Positions 40,420-57,327 of a stretch of DNA of 64,000 bases are shown in pieces. Position numbers and translations under genes: made by a program. This stretch comes from the human T2T-CHM13v2.0 reference genome, Homo sapiens. The notes under the pieces are model-generated. The model did no database searches and was not told the origin of the DNA. It worked only from the letters and a program-made list of their open reading frames with translations. The stretch's first letter is position 1, and every line of letters begins with the position of its first letter. The DNA lies in the NCBI RefSeq assembly GCF_009914755.1, contig NC_060933.1; one strand, given 5' to 3'.

Positions 40420-42086
40420 TAAAATTAATTAAACATGAATAAAAGAAATTGAATAAGAAACAAATAAATGAAAAGATTTTTGCGTTCATATATTGGAAGA
40501 AGTAATATTGTGAAAATTTCTATTCTACCAAAGCTATCTATAGATTCAATGAAATACCTATCAAAATACTGATAGCATTTTTCATAGAAGTAGAAAAAAA
40601 TTCTAAAATTCCCATGGAATTACAAAACATGCCAAATAGCGAAAGCAATCTGGAGCAAGAAGAACAAAGGTGGGATCATCCCACTGCCTGGTTTCAAAAT
40701 ATACTACAAACCTATAGTAATCAAAACAGCATGATACTGGCATAAAAACAGACATGTGAACCAGTGTAACAGAACAGAGAGACTAGTAATAAATCCATGC
40801 ATTTAGAGTTAATTGATCTTTGACAAAGATGCCAAGAAGACATAGTGAAAAAAGGGTAGTGTCTTTAATAAATGGTATTGAGAAAAATGGATATCCATAT
40901 GCAGAAGAATAAAATTGGACACTTATTTCACACCATATACAAAAATCAACTCAAAATGGATTAAAGACTTAAATGTAAAACTTGAAATTGTAAAACTACT
41001 AGAAAAAAAAAAGTGTTGTGGAAAAGCCTCTTGCCAATAGCTGGGCAATAAATTTTGGATATGACCCCAAAAGCACAGACTACAAAAGGTAAAATAGACA
41101 AATGGGACTGCATCAAACTAAAAAGCTTCTGCACAGTGAGAGAATCAATCAAAAGAGTGAAGAGACAACATATGGAATGAAAGAAAGCATTTGCATACCA
41201 TACATCTAATGAGGGGTTGATATTTAAAATATGTAAGGAATCCACACAGTTCAATAGTAAGAAAACAAATAACCCAATTTAAAAATGGGCAAGTAGTCTG
41301 AATAGACATTTCTCCAAAGAAGGTACAGAAATGCCAGCTGGTATATGAAAAATACTAAACGTCACTAATAGTCATGGAAAAGTAAATCGAAATCACAACT
41401 AGATATTACCACACACCTGTTAGAATAGTTAATATCAAAAAGAAAAACGATAACAAATGTAGACAAGGATGTGGATTAAAAGGAACCTTTGTACACTGTT
41501 GGTGGGAATGGAAACAGTATGGATGTCCCTCAAAAGAATTAAAAATAGAACTACTACATGCTACAGCGATCCTACATGCTACAGCGATCCCACTGGTGTA
41601 TATATTTCTAAAATAAATAAAGCCAATATGTCAAATTTATAGCTGCACTCCCATTTTTATTAGTATCTGTTTCAGCATTATTCACAGTAGTCAAGACATG
41701 AAAACCACATATGTGTTTGTCAATGAATGATCGAATAAAAAAAAGTGTTTCTGTATGTGTGTGTGTATGTGTGTACAGAGGTATAAAAGGTTTAATATTT
41801 CTGCTGTGCAGAATGGATAAGTTCTGGAGATCTAATATACAGCCTGGTTAATTTAGTTAATAATACTGTAACTTATATGGGGAATTTGCTAAAACAGTAG
41901 ATCTTAAATGTGTTTTCAAAAACAAAAAATAGGTAACTATGTGATGTGATGTATATGTTACCTTTTCACAATGTATACATTACCTTTTCACAATATATAC
42001 ATATTTTCAAACATCATTTTGTACATTGTAAATACATACAATTTTTATTTGTCAATTATACCTTAATAAAGCTGGGAGAAAAAAAC
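40420..42086 (+). mobile_element. 5'-truncated L1MA8/L1MA9-like LINE-1 (ORF2 3' part, 3'UTR, tail)
   Basis: ctaccaaagctatctatagattcaatg...atgggactgcatcaaactaaaaagcttctgcacag...ataagttctggagatctaatatacagc...aataaagctgggagaaaaaaa. Confidence 0.9.
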
Positions 42087-43418
42087 TAAACTGATTTCCA
42101 GCAGGAAAATACTGCATTTATAATAATAACTTTAAACCTAAAGTTTAATAAATAAGTTCAAACATTGATTATTATTTGGAAGCACAGCCAACTGTATTTA
42201 ATTTTGGACAGTTGTATTATTTCACATCTTTTATTTAATTAAAACTGAAGCTGAAAGATTAATATAGCCAATTCCCCCAACAAATACCTTCATTTTATCT
42301 AGCGTAAGTTAAGTATACCAGCATAATCTTTATTAATTTTTAACCCATGAATTTCCCCTTATTCTCCTCACGTAATGACAAAACAAACTTTCTGATTCAT
42401 TTTAGATACTCCTTTGTTCACTGAACTTTTTTTTCTAAATTTTAAATTTACATGGCTATAGTATGTCTGTGACATTCAGCAGGAGGCTTTGAGAACACAT
42501 TTTACTTTTTATCAATTTTACTTTTAGAAATGAATAAGGTACTGTTTTTGAGTTTTGAATAACTAAATTTAAATCTAATTTTACAGTCAAGTTATAAAAG
42601 ATCCAGTTAGAATTGTGAAGGATAATCCTAAAAATAAATATATTAAATATATAAAACTGAGATGCCAATAATTTCAGTCTATTAAATTACTCTCAACATC
42701 ACTACTACTAACAAAAGTTCCACTGTGATTTTTTAATCTCTCTCACATAAAATAAAACTTCTTTTAACCTTGGCAATCTGGACTAATTCCAATTATCTCA
42801 CTAGCTTTTTTTTCCCCCAATTTTACCTAATATTTTTAATTTGTTTTATTCAATAAAATATGTAATTCCAAAAATAGCTATGACAATCTCAGATCATTCC
42901 TCCACATATATAAACCTCATAAGCAGTTTAGTGATGACCTTTGTAACTAAGCAAACATTGTTAAATATTGAAACAATGTAATGGGCATTTTAACTCTAGT
43001 AACTATTACAAATCAATTCAGAATTCATACTAGTTCAAATAAAATAGAAGTTTATTTTTGCACGACACTCCAAAGTTGTGTTCCTTGTCAGAAGGGAAGC
43101 TCCACACAGTCATTCAGGAATCTAGGCTGCCCAAGATGCCACCCAACATGTGACTTCTACAGTTACTGTGGCTTTCTTCATCCTGGTCAGTCAAAAGGGA
43201 AGCAGGACCTGAAGGAACATGTGTGAGCTATTTCAATGCATAAGGCCTGGATGAGGACACATTACTTTCACTTATTATACATACATGGCTTCATTTAACT
43301 GTATAAGGTGCTAGAAAATATAATCCAGGTATATGTCCAAGAAAAAGAGGGAACTGAAAGTTAGAGAATAGGGAGAAGTTTCTGCCACAAAACACTAAGA
43401 AAAAAAATCATATAGAAA

Positions 43419-43511
43419 TAAGTTGATCAATTCTCTCGTTTTGCCCAAGACTGTTCTAATTTTAAAACGGAATCTCCTCAATCCCAGGAAAACCAGAACG
43501 ATTTGTCACTG
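43419..43511. mobile_element. MER81-like hAT-Blackjack MITE
   Basis: gttgatcaattctctcgttttgcccaagactg ... caatcccaggaaaaccagaacgatttgtcact; decayed inverted termini. Confidence 0.55.
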
Positions 43512-44258
43512 AATATACAAAATTCATATATATCAAAAGAAGATAGCTTAAAAATAATGTTTCAATATGAATCAATTCTGTCATAAACTAAGAATTCGTT
43601 ATTAAAGGAAAATAATTCTTTATATTTTTATGATAAATTAAATAGAACACAAACTGACTAGGAATTTATATATATATGATCAGAAAAGAAAAAAAAACTT
43701 TAGGCCATGAAAATTTGGCAATATACTTTACAGTTTTGTGTACATTCATTATTATCACTTTTTAAAATATATAAAATGGTCAAAATTAACAAAACATGTA
43801 TGTGTGCATTTTCCCACAAAGTTACTCATATTATATAATTTCGATACTTTGTGCTTGTATGTATATTCATCATTATAAATTATAAAAAGATTAGATATTT
43901 TAAAAAGAAATTTCTGAGACAAAAAAACATTTAAATACATTTTATACAAACAATATCTGGAAAACATTTTATATGTAAATGTAATGTGTTAATTCAAAGA
44001 TATGGAAATGTTCAGGATATATTATAATGTTACATAAAAATTTATTTTAAAATTATAAAGAAACCGTATTTTAGGATTAGTAACTAGATCTGCAATTACA
44101 CACTACATACAAGGCTACAGAGATCTAAATTTGTTTTCAGATGCATAATAGGTATTAATATTTTTCTTGTCCTTGAGAAGATTTTGTAAACAGTAGTGGT
44201 TTACTATCTTGATTTACCTACCCAAGTCTTTGATTTGATAACCAAAATTTAGTAATAG

Positions 44259-44699
<441 letters not shown>

Positions 44700-45512
44700 T
44701 AGAAAGCCAATGCGAGGAGGGGTGGAACTTACAGAAGGAACTTATATTCCTTCTGTACTGCAGGAATGGGCACAGACTGGCTCCCTGGTCTGACTACGTA
44801 ATGACACCAGTTCCATGTTCATCGTCACTTTTAGATATTAATGATCAGATAAAACGCTCAATTTCAGTGGAATTAAGAGATGGAGTGGATACTGATCTCA
44901 AGAAGTGTCGGTAACATACTGATTATCTACGTTTTTATTAACTTAAGAGAAAAGAAAATCAAGGGAAGAAGGAAGATATTTGGGGTACACAAACATTATC
45001 AAGCCTCAAATAACACATGACAGATAATCTCCCAGTGCTTCTATATTCTAAATTTACCTTTCTTCTCAGTGCAAGCTGAAATGTTACCAAATAAAAAGTA
45101 TTCTCATAAGTCTTCAAGTATTCTGACTTTGATTACATCATTTTTGTCTTTACATAGTTGTAGTAAGAGACAAATTTGCCAACATTTTTGAAGAACTATT
45201 GTTTCTGTCAGTAGGATCTAAATAATTTGTTAATGATCTTTAAGAAAATATATTTCTACTGCCACTCATTCCAGAGAATGCTAAATAAAAAGAGTTGTTT
45301 CTGGAAGGATCAACTCAATCTAAATCAAACCTGCTATTTGGAGTGCTCATTATTACAACTGAAAATGTAACGAGCATATATAAAATAACTTTGTTTTATC
45401 TGTTAACATTCTCCAGACTGGCAGCCCAAAGGAACCTTATTAAGTTGGAGTCACTGTGTTGGAGGATGAATTCTGATCATTTATTTGCCCTTGAGTATAC
45501 TCACAAACCATC

Positions 45513-46115
45513 CCTATTAGTTTCTATTGCTGTACAAAAGCATTGCTCCGAACGTACCTGCTTAAAACAGCAGGTATTTATTGTCTCACTGTTTCTGTGG
45601 CTTGAAATCTGAGTACCACCTAGCTGAGTGTTGGCTAGGGCTGAAGTCTTAGCTGAGGTTCACCATGGTAAGATTTGCTACTAAGTTTACTCAGGTGATT
45701 GGCAGAATTCATTTCTTTGTGGGTGTTGAAGGTTTCTTGGTTTTTTGCTTGTTTTCTTTTTTTGTTTTGGTTTTGTTTGGTTTGGTTTGGTTGGTTTTTT
45801 TGTTGTTGTTACTGTTTGGTTTTTGCTGGCTTTCAACAGAAGGCTACTTTCAGCTTCTAGAAGCTGTCCAAATTTTCTTGACATGAGCAATCACGCAACA
45901 TGGCCACTTTGTTTCCTTAAAGCCACAAAAGGAAAGGAAGACACTCTAGCAAGATGCCATCAATAACCATGTATGCATAATCAGATACCTCTGCTGCATT
46001 CTATTGGTTAGAAGCACATCACAGAAAGTACACACCTTAAAAGGAGATGATCACACAACAACACGAACATCAGGAGTTGGGGTAATGGCATCTACGTTTA
46101 CAATCAGCCTGCCAC
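45513..46115 (-). mobile_element. MLT1E/F-type MaLR LTR containing a (GTTTG)n simple repeat
   Basis: tattagtttctattgctg...gcttaaaacagc...ttggcagaattcatttctttgtgg...ttctattggttagaagc...gcctgccaca. Confidence 0.75.
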
Positions 46116-46622
46116 ACCATTCATACATATTTTTATCCAACATTCCAATAATGTTAATAGTCTGCTGAAAAAATTGTCTAGTGTATCATTTGATAGAATA
46201 ACACATTGAAGTCTAATTTATACAAACATTTATGCCTTAGACATTTATCCTATGTCATAATATAAGCAAAACTCTGAAAAGAATGTGACCCAGAATTCTA
46301 TTTTAAAGTTCTGTAGGAACTTCAATTTTTATTTTCACAGATGTGGAAGAAAAATTAAATGATAATCACATTGAAAAATCTCATCAATCTACCTTTTGAA
46401 GTAGGAAAGGTAAATGAATACAAACACCTTCATTATGCAGCAGAAATTGTCTGCATTAAATGCACAATCTCACATACCAATAGACCTAGTGAATTAAAAT
46501 GTGCAACTCATTATTTAATAAAATATCATAAAGCTTTGAATTTACTAGATTACTGCTTCTGTGTCCTTAGGCCTATTTATTAGTAAATTCTTAATCAATG
46601 AATTATAAAGTAAAATCTGTCT

Positions 46623-46676
46623 TCAACCCTAACACAAAATTATGAACTCAACCCTAACACAAAATTATGAACTCAA
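46623..46676. repeat. Perfect 25-bp tandem duplication
   Basis: tcaaccctaacacaaaattatgaac x2, followed by tcaa. Confidence 0.95.
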
Positions 46677-48267
46677 GGATTCTGATAATGAATGCTGTTT
46701 TTTATTGACATTTAATTGAACCATAATTTTTTGAATATATAAACTTCAAAATATTATCGAAATACTAAAATAAAGATGTCTATCATTGTGTTTATTCTTT
46801 CTATATATATCTGAAAATTCAGTTATGCATTTTAAATCACCATGGCTTCCAATTTCTCTAACCTAGTATTTTTATATTTATTTATTTTTATTTTTTTCTC
46901 TGACCTAATATCTTCTTCTTGTACAAGACATGACTCCTACTGTATATGTCTTGATTTCCAGATTTGTTCACTACAGAGAAGTGAATTAATGCAGCTTGGT
47001 TTTGTTTCCTTGCTGACAATCTTTTAGAAGTTTTGGGTTCCTTTTTGGATGAAATCTGAATTTATTCAGTTAGTTTCTGTAGTCCTGTATAATTGAGCCC
47101 TTTATAAATGTTTCGCTGCTTCTTGCCTTGTTTAATGTGCTACAGTTGTATGCTTCTGACTGCTCAAAGAATCATCTTCCTTACCACCTCACTGACCCAA
47201 CACTTCTTTTATTCTTTTTCTGGATAATTGCATCAAACTCTACAGACCTCAGGATATGTTACTTCATATAACTAGCATTCCAATGATAAAGGGGGTATCA
47301 GGGCTGATAGATTTAGCAAGTCAACACTGGCAAGATGCTTCACTGTGATAGGCATGTGAAAACCATCATCTCTGAAGAATAAGCTAGTTATAGTAAACTT
47401 GTACAATTTAAATATAGATATGGCATAATTCCAAGGTGAACAAATTATAATTATAGAAAAAGTAGATAATTAAAAAGAGACATATCTTCTAGAAATTATT
47501 CCTCTTTACATTAGGAAACATTCCGATGTTGATATATTCACATTTTATATTAAACCAGTTCATAATATTTATAGTGTTTCAAAAACTACTTTTTTAGAAT
47601 TATTACAAAATATTAGGTATAAAATACGTTTTCATATATCCAAGTTCATTAGTATAGTTTTACCTTTTATCATTGAAAAATAGTCCCTTGGGTCATAATT
47701 TATTTAAACCTACTCTTTTTGGTTGAACTTTTTCCTTAAAATTTTCCTATTTTTAACAGTACTGTACTGAACATTCTTATAGGTAAATATTTTTGTATGC
47801 ACTTTTTTTCTGAAAATCACTATCTAAAAATTAAATTAATGGGTCAGATGGCATATATATATTTTAAGCTATCAGAAATGATAATACTAATTTATACTCT
47901 AATTAATAGGTTGTAAAGTAATTTTGAATCCTGTAAATCCTCAAAAACTTAAGTCTCTGAGTTACTTGTAGAAGGTTAATCAAAATGCAAAGAGGGCAAG
48001 TGACAAATTCTAGTATAATTTTAAGAGAAATTAATTTTAAATACCTTGATATTTTATAACATTCTCTCTACAAAATAGAATTAATAATAACATGATTAAT
48101 TTATATAACATTTCAAACAACTACAGAGACTCAGCAGTTAAAGTATGTAATAGATTAGAGAGATATTAACTGGAAAAAGAAAATCAGCTCACTAGTTACC
48201 TTCACCTTTGAATTAATGTAATAATTTTGCCAACATCTTAAATTCTATATTCTCAAAAATCTTATTT

Positions 48268-48399
48268 AAAAGTTATGTGTACATAGTAGGTATATATATT
48301 TATGAAATACATGCAATATTTTGATATAGGCATACAATGCATAATAATCCCATCAGGGTGATTATGGTCAACAATAACTTGATGTACATTTAAAAATAA
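48268..48399 (-). mobile_element. Tiny L1MA 3'-end insertion with 5' inversion
   Basis: Antisense L1MA tail (48272-48360) fused to a sense 3'UTR piece; flanked by perfect 16-bp direct repeat ctcaaaaatcttattt (48252-48267, 48400-48415). Confidence 0.75.
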
Positions 48400-48895
48400 C
48401 TCAAAAATCTTATTTTGACAGAACGCTAGGGGCCAGTTTATCCATAGGTCAGGATAGATTCCAATTATTTATGTCCAGCCAGTGGATTAAAAGAACATGA
48501 TCATTACAGACAGTTTAAAAAATATCTGTGTTATCTGACCCATCTAATTAATCTTTAGATAGTTACTTTAAGAAAAAAAGTGTACACAAAAATATTTACC
48601 TATAAGAATGTTCAGTGCAGTACTGTTAAACATAACATAATTTTGTAATTTTTTAAATCATTCTTATAATTTTTATTTTTTATTATTATTATTATACTTT
48701 AAGTTTTAGGGTACATGTGCACAATGTGCAGGTTAGTTACATATGTATACATGTGCCATGCTGGTGTGCTGCACCCATTAACTCGTCATTTAGCATTAGG
48801 TATATCTCCTAATGCTAACCCTCACCCCTCCCTCCACCCCACAACAGTCCCCAGAGTGTGATGTTCCCCTTCCTGTGTCCATGTGTTCCCATTGT

Positions 48896-52720
<3,825 letters not shown>

Positions 52721-52783
52721 TATGATGTTAGCTGGTGATTTTGCTCGTTAGTTGATGCAGTTTCTTCCTAATCTTGATGGTCT

Positions 52784-53800
52784 TTACATTTTGTCATGAT
52801 TTTGCAGTGGCTGGTACCGGTTGTGCCTTTCCATGTTTAGTGCTTCCTTCAAGAGCTCTTTTAGGGCAGGCCTGGTGGTGACAAAATCTCTCAGCATTTG
52901 CTTCTCTGTAAAGTATTTTATTTCTCCTTCACTTATGAAGCTTAGTTTGGCTGGATATGAAATTCTGGGTTGAAAAGTCTTTTCTTTAAGAATGTTGAAT
53001 ATTGGCCGCCACTCTCTTCTGGCTTGTAGAGTTTCTGCCGAGAGATCTGCTGTTAGTCTGATGGGCTTCCCTTTGTGGGTAACCTGACCTTTCTCTCTGG
53101 CTGCCCTTAACATTTTTTCCTTCATTTCAACTTTGGTGAATCTGACAATTATGTGTCTTGCAGTTGCTCTTCTGGAGGAGCAACTTTGTGGCGTTCTCTG
53201 TATTTCCGGAATCTGAATGTTGGCCTGCCTTGCTAGATTGGGGAAGTTCTCCTGGATAATATCCTGCAGAGTGTTTTCCAACTTGCTTCCATTCTCCCCG
53301 TCACTTTCAGGTACACAAATCAGACACAGATTTGGTCTTTTCACATAGTCCCATATTTCTTGGAGGCTTTGTTTGTTTCTTTTTATTCTTTTTTGTCTAA
53401 ACTTCCCTTCTCACTTCATTTCATTCATTTCATCTTCCATCACTGATACCCTTTCTTCCAGTTGATCGCATCGGCTCCTGAGGCTTCTGCATTCTTCACG
53501 TAGTTCTCGAGCGTTGGCTTTCAACTCCATCAGCTCCTTCAAGCACCTCTCTGTTTTGGTTATTCTAGTTATACATTTGTCTAAATTTTTTTCAAAGTTT
53601 TCAACTTCTTTTCCTTTGGTTTGAATTTCCTCCTGTAGCTCAGGGTAGTTTGATCATCTGAAGCCTTCTTCTCTCAGCTCGTCAAAGTCATTCTCCATCC
53701 AGCTTTGTTCTGTTGCTGGTGAGGAACTGCATTCCTTTGGAGGAGGAGAGGTGCTCTGATTTTTAGAGTTTCCAGTTTTTCTGCTCTGTTTTTTCCCCAT
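52784..53800 (-). pseudogene. L1 ORF1, full 1017-nt span but with premature stops
   Basis: ATGGGGAAAA at 53800; C-terminal 186 aa open (HIIVRFTKVEMKEKMLRAAREKG, YPAKLS); CGA>TGA stop at 53411-53413. Confidence 0.9.
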
Positions 53801-54836
53801 CTTTGTAGTTTTATCTACTTTTTGTCTTTGATGATGGTGATGTACAGATGGGTTTTTGGTGTGGATGTCCTTTCTGTTTGTTAGTTTTCCTTCTAACAGA
53901 CAGGACCCTCAGCTGCAGGTCTGTTGGAGTTTGCTAGAGGTCCACTCCAGACCCTTTTTGCTTGGGTATCAGCAGCCGTGTCTGCAGAACCACGGATTTT
54001 CGTGATCCACGAATGCTGCTGTCTCATCGTTCCTCTGGAAGTTTTGTCTCAGAGGATTACCCAGCCGTGTGAGGTGTCAGTCTGCCCCTACTAGGGGGTG
54101 CCTCCCAGTTAGGCTGCTTGGGGGTCAGGGGTCAGGGACCCAGTTGAGGAGGCAGTCTGCCCGTTCTCAGATCTCCAGCTGCCTGCTGGGAGAACCACTG
54201 CTCTCCTCAAAGCTGTCAGACAGGGACATTTAAGTCTGCAGAGGTTACTGCTGTCTTTTTGTTTGCCTGTGCCCTGCCCCCAGAGATGGAGCCTACAGAG
54301 GCAGGCAGGCCTCCTTGAGCTGTGGTGGGCTCCACCCAGTTCCAGCTTCCAGGCTGCTTCATTTACCTAAGCGAGCCTGGGCAATGGCGGGCGCCCCTCC
54401 CCCAGCCTCGCTGCTGCCTTGCAGTTTGATCTCAGACTGCTGTGCTAGCAATCAGCCAGACTCCGTGGGCATAGGACCCTCCGAGCCGGGGGCAGGATTT
54501 AATCTCCTGGTGCGCCCTTTCCTAAGCCCGTCGGAAAAGCGCAGTATTCGGGTGGGAGTGACTCTATTTTCCAGGTGCCGTCTGTCACCCCTTTCCTTGA
54601 CCAGGAAAGGGAACTCCCTGACCACTTGTGCTTCTCGAGTGAGGCAACACCTCGCCCTGCTTCGGCTCGCGCACGGTGCGCTGCACCCACTGTCCTGCAC
54701 CCACTGTCTGGCACTCCCTAGTGAGATGAACCCGGTACCTCGGATGGAAATGCAGAAATCACGCGTTTTCTGCATAGCTCACATGGGGAGCTGTAGACCG
54801 GAGCTGTTCCTATTCGGCCATCTTGGCTCCTCCCCC
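53801..54836. promoter_or_regulatory. L1 5'UTR with sense internal promoter (YY1 site) and antisense promoter
   Basis: Intact CAAGATGGCC YY1 motif near the 5' end; CpG-containing 5'UTR. Function inferred from family knowledge. Confidence 0.75.
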
Positions 54837-54848
54837 TCATTCTTATAA
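54384..54848 (+). CDS. L1 ORF0-like antisense ORF, C-terminally extended (154 aa); expression unknown
   Basis: gcaATGG Kozak context; MAGAPPPASLLPCSLISDCCASNQ is the ORF0 N-terminus; frame open until a TAA in the TSD. Confidence 0.5.
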   Translation: MAGAPPPASLLPCSLISDCCASNQPDSVGIGPSEPGAGFNLLVRPFLSPSEKRSIRVGVTLFSRCRLSPLSLTRKGNSLTTCASRVRQHLALLRLAHGALHPLSCTHCLALPSEMNPVPRMEMQKSRVFCIAHMGSCRPELFLFGHLGSSPSFL

Positions 54849-56974
54849 TTTTTATAACCTGTTATAAGTATGGTAGAGATACAATCAGATACATTTACGT
54901 AAACATCATTTCTGTATTCCTTCCTAATTGCAGACCTGCTGAGAGTGTCAAGTTTCAGTAAAATAAAAAGAGTTATTTTATAGCAGAGGATTATGTATGT
55001 CACGATGATGTTTAACGAAATCTGCGACACTGAAGGAGAACGTTTAGGAGCGAGTCGATACATCGAATATGACTTCCCTAGAAGTTCACAAGAATGACAA
55101 AGCGCTGTTGCAAATGTCAAGATGTTCAGTGGTCTAAGTGATATCCTCTTTCCTTTGCACCATGTATTTTCAGAAGTTTATGTGTTATGCTAAGATTTGT
55201 CATATATGAATGATGTTTTTCAATGCTTTATTTTGTAAAAGTATTTCATATGCAAGCCATTTTGATTTTATAGTAGCTATCCTAATCAAAGAGACATATC
55301 TGCTTTAATAATACATATTACTGTTCTGTGTCACAGGAATGCAGCTTAATTTATTTAATCACCTGTGTAAAATAGCATCCATAAGAGAATTGTTGTGGGG
55401 ACAGTCTTCCAAAGCACCATATGTGATATTTTCCACTGGTTTAGATTGCCTGTGTTAATATTATTCATCAATATAAATGATCAAGAGTTGCAGTATTGAT
55501 TGGTATTGATGTCAAGGAAGCAAAATGAGAGGTAAACTAAATTAGCATGAATAAAAAAGGATTTATGGCAAACATTTAAGCATAGGAGTAAATGTGAAAC
55601 CCATTTCAAAGGAAACAAATTAGCAAATGGTTTAATTGACAGAAAGCTCTGTGTAAATAATGGCTGCATTTTTTTTCACTGTTCATTTGAATAAGAAAGC
55701 CACTGACATTGGTAATCAGTGGTTTACCTCTAGATTTTTACAAGTAAGAGAGTTGTTGAAATAAAACTCCAAATGCTACAGCATGTCTGAGATCAAAATT
55801 TTCAGTTGATGTTCATTGATTTCTTATTGTAACACTGATTTGTTAATGTAATTTTTCAATAAAACCCATTTCTTATTAATATAAAAGGGTTAACATAGTT
55901 AAAAAAGAAATAGATATAGTTCATTCTAACTTAAGATCAGGCCTAATGTATTCTATTCTATAGTGATTATTGACACTCTGAAAAATACAACTAGGAACTA
56001 AATGTGCCATAGGATGACATTAAGAAAAAATACAACAAAAACAAATATTTCTAAAATCAAATTAAGAGATGATTTCAATTAAATTTTCAAAGCAGACCCA
56101 ATCAATTTTTGACAATAAACATTTAATCTGTCAAGGGTTTAGCTATACAAGCTTGTGGTGGATGAGTTACATGTGATAAAATTTTATTTGCCAGAAAGAT
56201 GAATTCTCAAATTCCCATCTTTGCATTCATTGGTTGTATTCTCTAGAAATGAATCTGGGGATTCTTTTAGTCCCAGTTCCGTGGATAGTTATTGACTTTT
56301 AGATAGTAATGAACACTAATTAGATAAGATTGTTCCTTGTGGTTAAACAATAGCTTGAGGGAAAAAAATAATATTTGCATGCGTCATTGAGGACCAGAAA
56401 AGGACATTATACATTACGTTATTTTGTACTCATGCTTCACAAATCCCTGAATGAAGAACTAATAAAGGTGCATATGCATTTTCCTGTTTTTTATGTATTA
56501 TTACTTAACTGATTGGTGTACACTAGTTATGCTTTCTTTATAATAGTTTATTTTAAAGCTTATTTGTTTAGGATTCTGTTTTTCACTACTACATTGGACA
56601 CTGAACTAGGCATCTAAATAAAAGAATGGATTAATTAATGATTTTTTACTCTGTAATTTGAATTATGAATTGTATCATTGAAAACAAGCAAGCATCAAAT
56701 ACCTCACAGGGTAAGCTGGTAGCGCAAAATTAAACTTTCATTTTCTTGATTTCCAAGGTATTATGTTATTCTATACACTGCATAGAAACTTTTCCTCCCT
56801 ATAAGAATTTTAAAATTAATTTTAACTTTTCTTTTTATTAATATTATTAATTAAGAATTCATAATTTTACATACCTGTGTGACTCAATATGATGTTTCCC
56901 TATAGGTGTATAATATGTAATAATTAAATCAAGCTGATTATCAGAGCCATAGCCTCACTTCTTTTTTATGGTGA

Positions 56975-57327
56975 GTTACGAGAAATGTACCTTCTAGGCC
57001 ATGGTGCCTAGAGGAGGAACAGATGTCCCTAAAAACCTAAACATCCCAGAACATATTTGAGAACATAATGACAATAAAAACAGTTTCATTACACACAGCA
57101 GACGAATAGCTGAAAAATTATCTTAAAAGCAACTTAGGGGCAGGTAGTGAGACAGATCTCTGGAGTTGTCTTGCTGCTACCCAGTAATGCCCTGTATGTA
57201 AGTTGTAACTAACTCATGTACTCAGCAAGCTAGCCTTGTCTGAGTCATTCCTTTTTTTCTTGGTTTCTTTCTAGTTTGGGGGTCCTTGCTTGAGGAGATG
57301 TTACATTCCTTGGTTTTTCTCATAATA
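56975..57327 (+). mobile_element. LTR47-like ERVL solo LTR, preceded by a short antisense L1 3' fragment (56830-56975)
   Basis: aactcatgtactcagcaagctagccttgtctgagtcattc...tagtttggggg...ggtttttctcataa. Confidence 0.5.

Noticed and set aside
46623-46676. Interstitial telomere or CRISPR-like repeat
   Set aside because: Only one CCCTAA per unit, two adjacent units and no spacers; an ordinary tandem duplication.
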